A stretch of DNA of 63,795 nt, filler included, from Collodictyon triciliatum (lineage: Eukaryota): assembly GCA_043381765.1 (NCBI GenBank). It is 4 parts of 4 records of this genome, joined end to end, with 100 filler letters (N's around TTAATTAATTAA, not from the genome) between each part and the next. Parts side by side here need not be neighbours in the genome. Positions count along the whole stretch, not along the records: positions 1 to 20,895 come from JBHJMP010001215.1; 3 more parts are not named here. The stretch is one strand, 5' to 3'. A program made the translations under genes and the position numbers. Below the pieces are notes generated by a model that was not told where the DNA came from, made no database searches, and saw only the letters and a list, made by a program, of their open reading frames with translations. Positions 1-14,284 of this stretch are shown one piece after another. Position 1 is the stretch's first letter, and every line of letters starts with the position of its first letter.

Positions 1-184
1 TTCTTTTTTATGTTTCTTTTTTATGTTTCTTTTTTATGTTTCTTTTTTATGTTTCTTTTTTATGTTTCTTTTTTATGTTTCTTTTTTATGTTTCTTTTTC
101 TTTTTATTCTTTTTAACAAATCATAGAGAAACAATGTAGCAAAAGTGTGTTGGGAATGAATGCCTAGATCTCTGCGAAAACGTA

Positions 185-589
185 CCAAAGTTCTGAAAGG
201 TGGTTGAACGCGGCAAGTTTTTTCGGTGTAAGCTCCATGATCAGATTATAACCGAGATGCAGCTCTGTTATCTGCCGCGACTTTGAAAGGGCGCTCCATG
301 GGATATCCAAAAGCTCGCGCTCTTGGATGCACAACCGCTTGCTATTGCGCTGCAGCTGCTCTTCAATCCATTCCTCGCTGATCTCGTCCTCTTCGTGCTC
401 TTGGATGGCCCGCATACTGAACTGCTACTTGTGGAGTGTGTGAACATTGACAATGCTGTGTTCGTCACATTGACGCTAGCCCCTGGTGCTTCACTGTTCA
501 TTACACAGGCTGTATTTTCGGTATTCTGCCTGACTCACTCGGCTCCCGTTATTTGTTGGCTGTCCAAACAGATCCGTTGCGTGCGCCAT
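185..589 (-). CDS. Leucine-rich-repeat protein, 5' portion (continues off the window start)
   Basis: ATG at 589 gives MAHATDLFGQPTNNGSR, then a GTGAGT donor. The second exon reads ...RELLDIPWSALSKSRQITELHLGYNLIMELTPKKLAAFNHLSELW, with an LxxLxLxxNxI pattern, and ends at a GTACG donor near 184. Confidence 0.7.
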
Positions 590-1632
590 TGAATTATGCA
601 AAGAAAAATTTGCATAGCCACAAAAGTCTTCATCTATTCAAAAATCATGATTATATATATATATATAAAATTCATACTATGTAAGCGCAATTACAGCATT
701 ATATCGAATTTTATTCATACTTACATATATACTCCATTAATGGCATAAAGCTTAACGGCAGGATATCTAAAATTGTGCCCGGTTGCACCCTATTCCAAAT
801 ATGCATAACAGAATGGAATGCCATTCTATTTCTGTAAATGTCACTACTCCATTTCTAGTACGAATGCCGCCTTGATATATAATGGGCTTTCCCATCCAGT
901 ATTGTGGGCGGCTAATATTTAATGAATTAATATTTCATGCGTCTTTTCCAAATATGTATTTCATCCAGGAAGATTCAATTCATGAGAACCTATTTCCGCT
1001 ATATATACGCCGCACAGATGTCGGTTTTTGCCCATGAAAACTAGGAAGTCTATTTGTTCGCACAATCACCAAATAGAATGAAGGCTAAGCAGAGTCTTCT
1101 CAAAGGCCAAGGAGATGCGTCCCAGAATGCGCTGCAGCTGATGGGGTTGAATCTATAGAAAAAAATAAGTTTTTTTTTATTTTGAAGAAAAGAAATCGCT
1201 CATAATTAACTCCGAGGAGCAAACCAGGCACCTCTGTTCGTTCAAGTCCCGCTATGTTGTCTTGGGCGACTCTATATATCCCGAATCTCTTTATTGTATT
1301 TCATGGGCCTTCTGCGGTATTTCTCTTCGCCCTACCGCGTTACAACTCATTTCTCCTGCCAAACCTTTAACAAAATCCAACTGCTTTTGATGATTGGTGT
1401 TGTTACCATCATTCCCCACATAACCAAAGGTGCGTGGGCTGCCATTTCTATTTTCTTTTTGACTGCCGGACTTTGAGTATATTCTTTCTCTTTCTCTTTT
1501 CTGTATGTATTACTACGAGTATATTAAAACAAACAACAAACAATAAACAACAAACAACAAACAACAAACAATAAACAAACAACAAACAACAAACAACGCT
1601 AACAGAAAGACCCAGGTCGACACGGTAGCAGA

Positions 1633-4600
1633 ATGCGCAGCGCTGCCTTTGTCGTTTTTGTCCTTGTCGGACTCGCTGCGTTTGTCTCGGCGATCCCGAT
1701 TGAGATCGAGCAGACTCACAACCTCGCTGGTGCCGAAATCCTATGGGACAAGTTTGGTACAACTCACATACATTTTATATTTGTCTTCCCCGTCAAATAA
1801 TTTTCTTTGCTTATATGAGGCTGCTATTCTTTTTCATCTTTTGTTGAAATAACGCAACCTTTTCTTTCGTCTTCCTTTATCACAGGCATTCCGCACATCT
1901 ACGCAGGTTTGGTATTTTCTCATAGACTATGATTTTTCACATTGCGTTCGCTCCTCGGCGTCCTCATATTTGCCTTTATTTTTTTATTATGCCTTGAAAC
2001 TTTACTGAACACTCTCTTATATACTTATTTATTGAATTGCAGACAACATGAATGCTCTGGTACATCACTCTTTAAACAATACAGCCCAAGAAAGCGACAT
2101 AGAAATGAGTGATATGCTTTTTTTTCTTTTGAGAAATGAAACGTTGCACGCTCTGTTAATTTTATAACATTTATATATTTCATGTAGCACTTTGGTTATG
2201 GCTGGGCACAAGCTCACTCGCATGGTATGATTCACAACAACACACTACACTTAATCCTTCCGTATATACCATCTATATCATTCTCTTTATTAATGTTCCT
2301 GGTATTTTCAACATTTAATATAAACGATAAAATGATTTAAATAAAAACAAATACAAACAGGTGACCTTATTCTGGAGCTTGTAATGGAGGCCAAAGCCGA
2401 GGCGGCCAAGTATAGTTTCATCCCATTTTGCCTCCAGTACAATACCAATATTTCCTCAATAGGAGATACACAACATGATTTCTTTTAAATAGAGTTTCAT
2501 TCTAGATATTTTGGAAATGCTCGTGTTCGTAGCGACAGGGCTATCCTCAGTTTCGGTTGGTTAACTATTCATACAAATTATCTTTCTTCGAACGTAAGAT
2601 GCATACCCTCATATATGAATAAAGCTCCTTTCATCTACATGTAAATGATTTCACCGCGGAATATGGTATTTCAATAATTAATGACGTATTTTTCTAGGCT
2701 TGCCAAGTATCGTGGAAAGCAAGTATCCCACCATGGATCCTGTCTATCGCACCTACTTTGAGGACTTCGCTGCTGGATTCAGCGCATACTTTGCCAAGTA
2801 TCCTGACCGCGTTGGGCCACGCGTAATCATCCCTCTTTACAATTCGCTTCTCTTTTGACAGTGAGAAGACTATATATGACCAAATACACATATGCGTTAA
2901 ACAGCTGAAACCTTTGCTGCCCGTCACTGGTCTTGATATGGCTAAACATGGCATCCGTGCGTTGTTCTACTTCTCCATCGGGTTGAACGCAGAGACTGAA
3001 TCTGTTTGTCATCCATTCCACTAATTTTAGTCTCACTGCAATATGTTATAATGTCCGTTTATCTCCTTAAGGACATAATCGCTACACTTTGAATCGAATA
3101 AAGGAAAAAAAAAACCTTAAGGACAAATAAAGCATTCTTTTTTTTTTTTTTCTAAAAAGGAGTATTTTATGTCAATTCCATGAAAATTTTACTTAAATAC
3201 TATGCCTTCAACAGTTGGCCTGGTTGGCTCCGGGGGTAAGCCATGACGACGAATTTTACAAAAACAAGCAAAACCCCTCCCTCATCTATATATGAAGACT
3301 AAAATAGTGTTATTTATGCCAACTTATGCACCCTCTTACAATATATGCTTAGAGTTCATCAAATAATACATTTGATCTGATGAACAACAAAATCCCTGAA
3401 TGGATGAAGCCTGGGTCGAATGGATGGGCTATGTATGAGTCTGATAACAAATGATCCTTTTTTTTTAAAAAAAAATAATAATCTAGAGCTTGTCATACTG
3501 TAATAAATACATGATAACTTATGTTTAACACTTCCCATTTCCTTTTATTCTAGCTCACCCCGCAAAACTAGTACCGGAAAAGCCATGCTGGTTTGTAATT
3601 CTAGATAACCCGCCTTCCAATCGCATATCATATTTTCTTTCAATAGATTCTTTTATAGCATAACCAAGAAAAGTTGAACACTGAACTGAAACTGTACGTC
3701 TTAGGTCGCCAATCCTCATTTGCCCTACGGTCGCTACTTCTTGTGGTACGAGGCGCATTTAGTAAGATTCTAATTTGTTTTGGTCCACAAATAAATCCTT
3801 TCTCAACCCCCCCCCCCCCCCCCCACACATCATCTGAACAATTTTCTAAGCTTTTTTTTCAATCACTGAGATTGCACCTGGAGTGGATATTACTGGTGCT
3901 TGCTTGATTGGTACTCCTGTTGTTCAAATTGGGTTCAACGATTTTCTTTCATGGTAAACTTCTTTGAAATCGAAACATCTACTTCTGTTTATTATTTTCT
4001 TTAGCCAAGATATTTTCTTTTGATCCCTAATACATTATCCCATATGACCGCGACATAATCGTAGGACACACACCGTCAACACGATCAAAATTGTGAGGGC
4101 TCTATCTCTATACATCAAATTTTAAGCTGCGATATCTATTTTATCATGATTCCTCCAGTTTCTAATGTAGCATCAATCATATCTCAATAGTGGACCGCTT
4201 ATGAACTCACCATTCTGGGCAATTCATACCTTTATGATAATCGCTATCGTCCTGTAATTATTTTCTATCTTTAAACTATGACTTTGTTTTCTTCATGCAA
4301 TTTGGGGTTTCTCAGCCATTAAAACGGACAATTAGCTGCCGTCTATTTCTTATCTTCAAATGCTTGAGACCTAATAATATACGCCGAGGAAATGGTTTAA
4401 TAATCCTTACATTCTCTGCTCATTTGTAGCTAACCACTCGTAGCCACATTATCAAAATCCTCCAAGATGACGGAAGGTAATTCTATTTCACCAATGAAGC
4501 TTATCTTTGAGGGGTTTTTTTTTATTTTTACATTATGATGCTATAGTTTTATAAACAAATATGGCACATATACCCGAATCTTTGACAAAAATTTTGTTAC

Positions 4601-7600
4601 ATCATTATGATATTATATATACACATATTATGATGTTATATCAGGCAAGTAACTTACACAAAAAAATCACAATTTAGCTACATCGATGAAGAGTTTATCT
4701 ACAAGGAGTCCATTCATGGCCCCATCCTCGCCGAGAAGCCTTTGAAAGCATATGTAAATTGAATCATACTTGGCCTTTTGGATCCTTTTGAAACAACTTA
4801 TTTCACAAACATGTTCCTTTTTCGTATTCTCATAAATGTAGGCTATTCGTGTTCCTGGACTCCAAACAAGCTGGATTGACGTCACAAAGCAGGTTCATTT
4901 GTATCCAGAATAGTTCTTTTATCATATATTTATTACTATACATGTATTGATGATGTTGGCAGGGACCGACAACGGAATCAGCCTCTAACTCATAAATCAA
5001 TCGTAGTGGTGGGAGATGGGACTGGCTAGGAATTTGAATGAATTCAAGACGGCTTGTCGCAGTAATTATTTTGGACTTATTAAATGTTGACTCGATTCTT
5101 ACATAGATGGTTCTCATACTCACTTTTCATGTTAATTTATGCGCTCCTAACTGATCTGAAATCCAGCATTGCAGCTTCCATTCGTAAGTTTTCATTGCCT
5201 GCTAACAAACTCATGTTGATTGTGACTGGCATTCATTTTTTCTAATCTACACTATGTGGGGACGTGTAGTTCACCATCATTTATGCTGATGTGGAGGGAA
5301 ATATTATGCACTCCTTCAACGGTTTTTTAATCATATTTATGTCATTATGGGGCGCTGAAATTAAAGCGGATACCCATCGAGTATTCACTAATTTCTCGAT
5401 ATCATCTTTGAGTTTTTTTTTTTAAAAAAAAGAAATAATGAATTTTTTCTCTTTCATTTTTAAGGCCTTATCCCAGTGCGAACCTTTGGTGATTACAGCA
5501 CATGGAGTCAGGTATATATTTTTAGTGGGATATATACACAACTCCCTCCACACATATGAAATTCAGAAAATATCAAAAATATGTTATCTGCTATTCAATA
5601 ATATACTATTATCTTCTATGGTTACTTTGAATCGAATAAAGGAAAAAAAAAATTATCTTCTATGGTTCGACATTGAAAAATCTCTCTCTTTTTTTTTTTT
5701 TTTGAAATAAAATCCAACTGATACCTTTTATTCGTGCCCCTTATATATCCTAACCCCTTGAATACTGAATCTCATTAATAAATTTTGAAGAAAAAACTCA
5801 AAAAATACCGTAATATCCAGATTCAAGATGGCACTACATCGCGCACTGTCTGGGCAGATGTCTACCACCCATGGGACGAGCTTCCGTACTTTGAGAACCC
5901 CCCTAGTGGTTGGCTGCAGGTTAGCGAAATATGTAGTTCTATTTCATTTATTTATCTTGTCAAGGGATTTTTTTTTTTTTTTTTAGTTTAGAGTATTACT
6001 ATTTTATTATGGGAGAACAGAAAGACATAACTCCAGTCAAAATTTTGAATAGAATGCTAACGAGCCCCCATGGACAACTACCCTTCCCCTCTACTTTGTG
6101 GACCCCGCGAAGTATCCTGCATACATGGCCGTAAAGGATTATCGATGACATCATATATGCTCTTCATTTTTTTCTAACAATGTTGAGCAGTCAATTTTCC
6201 TTTCCTTTCCTTTCCTTTCCTTTCCTTTCCTTTCCTTTCCTTTCCTTTCCTTTCCTTTCCTTTCCTTTCCTTTCCTTTCCTTTCCTTTCCTTTCCTTTCC
6301 TTCTTTTTTGGGATAACTTAATCGGTTATCTAAATCATAGCCCTCTCCCCGCATGTCTCATCGTTCTCAAACTTCAGCCCGTATCTTGGATGTGAATAAT
6401 GCAGTCACTTTTGACAAATTTGTTGGTAAGGTGAAAAATTTTAAATTTTCAATTCATACATCCCCTCATTTATTTTATTACGATAATTAAGATCTTGCGC
6501 TTAATTACATTTATGAACAGTCATGAAGCACAATCAGGATGTTGAGATGACCCGCCATATGCTGGACGATTTGATTGTAGCCCTGGTTAATAACAACACA
6601 AAGTAAATGGTGTCCAAATGATTTTTCTCTTCAAAAAATAAACTACATTATCACACTGACATAACATTTTCCCAAATACTTTCCTATTTTCTTGCAACTC
6701 TTTTTTTTTTTACAGTCCACGCTACAGTGAGGCTGCTCGTGTCCTGAGTGCTTGGGACAGACGCGTTGATGCCACTAGTCGTGGTATGTGTTTTTCTCTT
6801 ATCTCTAAGTTCGCGGCAGGCTATTCTCCACCAGTAGTTTAGCTTCCACTTATATATATATATATTTAATGAATTATTCCAACAAGCACGAATCTTCTAT
6901 ATAATTGATGATATATTTCAAAGGTGCGGTTCTCTTCAATGCCTGGGTTAACAAGGCTGGTGGATATACTGGTCGCATGTTTGGTGTAAGTCATCAAAAA
7001 AAAAATAAATAATAAGATGGGACAATTAGTGATTTTGCTGGTTTCATCGACCAGAAATAGTACTTTTATATGGCATCACGGCTAATTATGAATTTTTCTA
7101 TTTTTTTTTTTTTTAGGTTCCATGGAATCCTCAGTAATGCTTTTTTTTTTTAAAAAAAATAAATCGTGATAATAATCGTTTTTAATATTTGCAATTTCAA
7201 ACAATCATCTACTTTTCCCTTACTCACTTTGATTGTCTTGGACTTGTTTTACACTTCTCTTAGTAAAATAAACGTAAAATCAATAATTTACATATTTAAC
7301 ACACAGAGACCCGCTTAACACGCCAAACACTTTAATCAACGTTGAGGAGGCGCTCTTGTACATGGATGGTATATGAACATTAGTTTACTCTACCATTTTC
7401 TTCTTGTCGTTAGAATAAATCTATGTTAGAGGAACACCTCAGTGATACCTGTCTGAAATGTAGAGGCTATCGCTCAAATGGACAAGCGCAACTTCCCACT
7501 TGACATAATGTGGGGCGACGTTAATCGCCTACCATATGGTATCTTGACTTAATCGATTACCGATGGTAGTCCTGTATCTTTATCTTTAGCCCTCATGTAT

Positions 7601-8545
7601 TCTGACACCCATTCCCTCACTTGTTAGACGGCCGATTCCCCAATGGAACCCTTCCAGGAAATGGTGCTGCTGACCCAGTAAATATACAAACAATTTACAC
7701 CATCACTGCTTTGGCTTACTTCACCACTTGGGTTTTTGTACTTGAATCCATCGAACAGATATCGTTATAATACATTAATTTTAAACCAGCTTGGCGTATT
7801 TCGCTCAAGTTATTTTGTTATTCCTTTGAACCCTGGTAAGAGAATATAAAAATACAATCATCTGTGGCTGCTTTATGTAAATTGATTCAGCTAGTATGTA
7901 GGAGGAAAAGATAGGGCTGTTTGTAAAATGTAACAACCTTGTTTCATCACATTGTAGATACTGATGACGGATTCAATCTCTCTGGGGGAGGTGACTCATA
8001 TGTCCATGTAGTGGAAATGACCCGCCCCATTAAAGCCAAGGTCAAACTCTCTCTTATTCACATGATATATTTTCTTTTGTGCTTTTTATATTCGGGAAAT
8101 GCTACATGAGAAGATGTGTTTGCACAGTCATTGCCCATTATCCATCAATATATTTCAACAGGGTCTCATCGGATATGGAAATGCCTCCCAGAACTACTCA
8201 ACTCACCGCAATGACCAGAACATCTACTACTCTAACAATCAACTCCGCGAACAATACAGAGACCGTTTGTGTTACGAATCTATATCATTCATATTATTTA
8301 GATAGCTACATGCCGATGGCAACCAAAGTCATGCAAAGGCCTCTGCCAAGTGTCATATTTTTTTTATCCTGACAGGCTGGGAATTAAGACACTTCTTTCT
8401 GACTTATAAAACTTCCTTCAATATTTCCTTTTTCTTCTCTTTTTCTTCTCTTTTTCTTCCTTCTCATCTTCCATAACTTTTATCAGGTGCTGAATTGGAG
8501 CGCAATCTGGAGTTCAGGGAGTATGTCAGCCCAGCCCAATTTTAA
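1633..8545 (+). CDS. Secreted penicillin-acylase-family (peptidase S45, Ntn hydrolase) amidase, GL-7-ACA/AHL-acylase-like, about 35 exons
   Basis: Spliced translation: signal peptide MRSAAFVVFVLVGLAAFVSA; EILWDKFG|IPHIYA; FGYGWAQA; beta-chain start PG-SNGWAI (Ser codon 3416-3418); ANPHLPY...WYEAHL; WTHTVN; FTIIYADVEGNI; ENPPSGWLQ|NANEPPW; GGGDSYVHVVEM; GYGNASQ; ends ...EYVSPAQF-TAA at 8545. Confidence 0.93.
3065..3125 (+). mobile_element. Ultra-short poly-A-tailed retro-insertion with 11-bp TSD (intronic)
   Basis: CCTTAAGGACA [TAATCGCTACACTTTGAATCGAATAAAGG-A10] CCTTAAGGACA. Confidence 0.8.
5608..5667 (+). mobile_element. Ultra-short poly-A-tailed retro-insertion with 16-bp TSD (intronic)
   Basis: ATTATCTTCTATGGTT [ACTTTGAATCGAATAAAGG-A9] ATTATCTTCTATGGTT. 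Confidence 0.85.
6195..6302. repeat. (TTTCC)n microsatellite in an acylase intron
   Basis: Perfect pentanucleotide tandem array. Confidence 0.95.
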
Positions 8546-8987
8546 TCACTTGCTTGAGGAACCCGTCCATGAATCGCGCCACCCACGACCATTTGCAAAG
8601 TCCAAGCACAACATCAACTGTTCAGTCTGCCAGTGCGTCGTATTGCGCCCAGCCATCCCGTTGAATAAAGTTTGGACGGGAATAAAACCAATCTTTGGAT
8701 GTGTGGTTGGGTTGTAGTTGTGTGCAGAGGGAAACATTGATGGAGGGGGATTTTGGGGGCAGGAAATAAGGAAATAAAAGAAAAGCGGAAATATTGCGGT
8801 CACATTCCCTTAACTGGATATGATATTTTCCAGATTGGGTAATATGAACAAAATCTTCGGCCTCGTCCTTTTTGATCGGAAATCTTGCCAGACTCCGCAC
8901 CGCACCGCACGAAACGCGGCAGTGAGTAAGCGCAAGTCTGCTTACGAGGTACTTTTTCTCACGGGCATTTGTGAAAAAGGCAAGATC

Positions 8988-11251
8988 ATGGCTTTGCAGC
9001 GTTTGCCCCTTGATGGCTCTTCCCTTCGCCTGCTGCTTGTGAGCGACTTGCACCTGGAGTTGAACACGATCCATCGTCTGGCGGCGCTTCTGGAAGAGCG
9101 AGAGGAGTCGTACGTTTGAGGGCCTACCGAATAGTTGTTTTCTTTGTTGCTGCGTCTTTTTCTTCTTTTTCTTCTTCTCTGACTGTCCTAAGTGGTTTAT
9201 TGTATGTTTAGTCTTTCTGTGTGAGTATGTATGTGTCTGTTTTTCCGATCCTCACAGCGTCGACCTCGTCCTACTGAGCGGGGATATCGCCAACATGGAT
9301 GATGAAGAGCGAAGCAACCCAGATATTCAGGCTGCCACGGAAGGCGAAGTATCTTTTGTTATCTCGGCAGTGGAGTCCATATGTCCCCGAGTTCTCTATG
9401 TTCCTGGTAATGTAAGTCTTCACGACCCTTCCTTCCCTTGAATCGAATAAAGGAGGAGGAAAAAAAAAATAAAGAAAAGAAAAGAGAAGAGTCTCTACGA
9501 ACCGACATTCCTCTCGTATCTGACAATCCGTTCGTCTGCCACCATTTACAAGCAACCCGTTCTTGATATTCACACTTTGTACAGATATTATAAAATATAA
9601 ATGATTATTCGTCCGAGTGACAACTACTTCGCATCCAAATATTCAGCATGATCCAGATTCCATGTTATCTCTGACAAATGACCTTCCTCGCTTGACTCCA
9701 AACTCTGAAAACATCCACGGCAAAGTTCGCCGCATCGCAAAAAACTTGGTTGTTTTCGGATTCGGTGGGTCCACGCCTGCTCATGCAGATGGTAAATAAG
9801 CTAATTTTTAACAAGAAATTGGACTCTGTCACTTTACTATCTTATTTCACCTTGTAATCAAGTAATATGAATTCTGTCTATTACGTCATTTCTAATTAAT
9901 TTTTTTTCGGGGTACTTTGGTTTGTTGTGTGGCTACTGAAGGAACAATGGTGTGGTCTGGTAAGAAATGGATTAAACCAGAGATGGGCACAATATATGAA
10001 GAATTAATCTATTTATTTATTTTTAAGCTACTTTATTGAATCTACAAAACCAGTATGCATATATCACCACAGCTTTTTAAATACATTCTGCATGAACATT
10101 TCACGGACTTCTCTTAAACTGGTCGTAGGCTATCCATACAGAACTGATCAGAGCCTCGGGCCTGAGTTTGAAAGAGTAGATTCTTGAAAATTTACCCATA
10201 TGATATAATACGTCCACAATTTAAGGATCTCAGCCAAATAAACATTCATATTTTGACATTGCATTTTTCTAATGGCTACTTAAGTCCATTCCTTAATTTT
10301 TCTTTTAGGAGTATAAGCAACAGTGTGCTTCAAGTGAGAATCCTGGAGAAAGCAGGATACTCCCAACCGACCAAGTTATTTTGATGACTCACACTGGGCC
10401 AGATCTTTGCGGTGGTTACAAATAATTTAATATTTATACGCTTCTCTTTGGTACATCATTCATTTGTAAAATATAGAGTAATAAATAAATCGTAATTAGT
10501 AACTAAGTTCCTCACCATATCTCGATTCTATTTCATTTTATGAAGTTTACCTGATATAAAAAGATATACATTCTTTGAATATTGATCTGATGACAAATAA
10601 TAATATTATAAATAATAATTAATGTGTAGATACGGCACTCGATCCAACAAGAAAGGTGCCCATCCGCGCTGGGTGTGCCTCACTGCGCTCGGTCATAGAG
10701 ACATCTCTCTTCGTAATTACATTTCAATTGTAAAACAAAAACATTTTCACCCTCAAAAGAGGCTTGCATCGTTCTGTACTGGGATATTTTTTTCTTCGTT
10801 TGTTATCTTTATTCTCTCATCTTTACTACTTTCCTTCGCTCCTTTACTCTTTTTCTTAATATGATTAAATATGGAGAAAAAAATAGAAAAATCAAGCTCT
10901 CAACTCAGCACCCTTGATGAACGCTTGACCACAACTATAAACACATACAGCAAGAAAAGACATTGTTAAACGTGCATGGCCATGTGCACAAAGGATACGG
11001 GTTCAGCCGGGTCAAAGCGATCCCTGTTGCCAACCCAGGAAGTCTCAAGTAAAACTCATCCGCTTCATCATATCTCCTACCTTTTTTTTTTCTTTCACGC
11101 TGTTCTTAACTTTACCGGGCGTATTGAGTGCATTTTGCAACTCTACATCCTTTTTTGTAGGGAGGGGAGGTATGGCCTCGTCACAATCAATTATAGTCCC
11201 ATATCAGAGAAATGGGAAATCAGGAGTGTGGAGCTGCAGTCTCTTCCTTAA
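8988..11251 (+). CDS. Calcineurin-like metallophosphoesterase (Icc-related), multi-exon
   Basis: All five metal-binding motifs are present across exons: SDLH, SGDIAN, PGN|HD, LMTHTGP, HGHVH. These are followed by ANPGSLK|EGRYGLV and a stop at 11251. Confidence 0.92.
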
Positions 11252-11641
11252 GTGAGCCAATCTGTTACCGGCGAGAGAATAAAGATTTGGAGGGAGGAAT
11301 GATACGTATCAGGCATTTTATGAGTCTGGACTTTTTCTCTTTTTTTTTTTTTTTTAAGGGCAAGTTGAGTCTGACTGAGCCAAAAAGGATAAATAGGGAG
11401 GTTAGATGATGAGTAATGCAACTTCCACTTTTTTGTTTTGTTTTTGTTTAACTGAAGCCTAGTGTATCATATCTATATTTTGTCGTCTTTGGTGAAAAGG
11501 GATAGGGTTCGGATTGATTACTCATAGCGAAAGAAAATCAGCGCAAAATGAGATGAAGGAAAGGAAACACTTCTCAACATGAGGGGTGAGAAAAAGGTTC
11601 GCATAGGAGATTTCCGAGTGGTAAACTCAACAAAACTTAAC

Positions 11642-13111
<1,470 letters not shown>

Positions 13112-13180
13112 TATTCCTCTCAGCTGCAACAAAGACTCCCTTAATTGAACTAGGAATCTCAGAAACCTGACGATCAAAAC

Positions 13181-13295
<115 letters not shown>

Positions 13296-14284
13296 TAAAA
13301 AAATGTCTATTTTTTTCTTCGCTGGATTCAAAGAAATAATAATAGTGGTAGTAGCAGGGTGCCCGTAGAGCAAACGTTTAAACTTTGAAACAAAGAGCAG
13401 TCGAAGACTTGTGCTGCTGGTTTGATTGTTTCTGAGGAAACTACTCAAGCTTTTGTGTATATAATCCTTCTAATCTCCCTCAGAGCATTACCTGAGGCCG
13501 GCCTCAAGCCAACTCCAGACAGCCGATGAGGAAGAAGAGTAAGAAGAGAAAGAAAAAAAACAGTTGTCCTCAGCGCTTGGGATTCAGTTTGCTGATCCCA
13601 CGCAAGAAAAAAAGCAGAACAAAGGCGCTGAACATCCTTCGTTCAGAGATATTTGGGAAATCAATTGTACCCGCTTCTGATGCCATTTATGGTCGTTCCC
13701 CTGTAACTTGCGGCTTCGGCAGATTAAAAACAGCACCAAAAACAAACAAACAAAAAAAAACACCACCATGAACAAATATAAAACCAAACCAAAAATCAAA
13801 GACAAGAGCGAAGGTCAATAAACAAATCAAACAAAACCAAAGAAGAAAGAGCAAGAAAACGAATGCAAGCGCGAAAGCAAAAGCAAAAAAAAAAATCTAG
13901 ATGTTCAAAAAAAAAACCTTTTCTTTATCTCTGACCGTCGTGTTTCATTACCCTCTTATTTTCAAAAAAAAAAAAAAAAAGACGAAATAATATGTATGTA
14001 CAAAGTTTAGAGGCGAAGTGTGGCGTGGACATGGTGTCAAAAGTTTGGACTTTTCATTATTAAACATGTTTTTCTTATTGGATCCAAAAAAGAAAAAAAA
14101 AGGAAATAATAAAGAAAATTGACGAGGATAAAACAGCAAAACAATTTTCGCCCCAATAATCTGCCATACGATTTTTTTATTTTCTAGACTAAATCGGAGT
14201 TTCTACTTTTCATCTCCTAATTTTTATTGGGTAAAATAGTAAGTATAGCATTTAACAAATAATATACTTTCAACATCAAGAGAT

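Noticed and set aside
757-777. CGGCAGGATATCTAAAATTGT resembles an Agrobacterium T-DNA border
   Set aside because: Partial match only, with no partner border or bacterial cargo nearby; probably chance.
1230-1260. GTTCAAGTCCC as a tRNA T-loop
   Set aside because: No D-arm, anticodon arm or acceptor stem can be formed.
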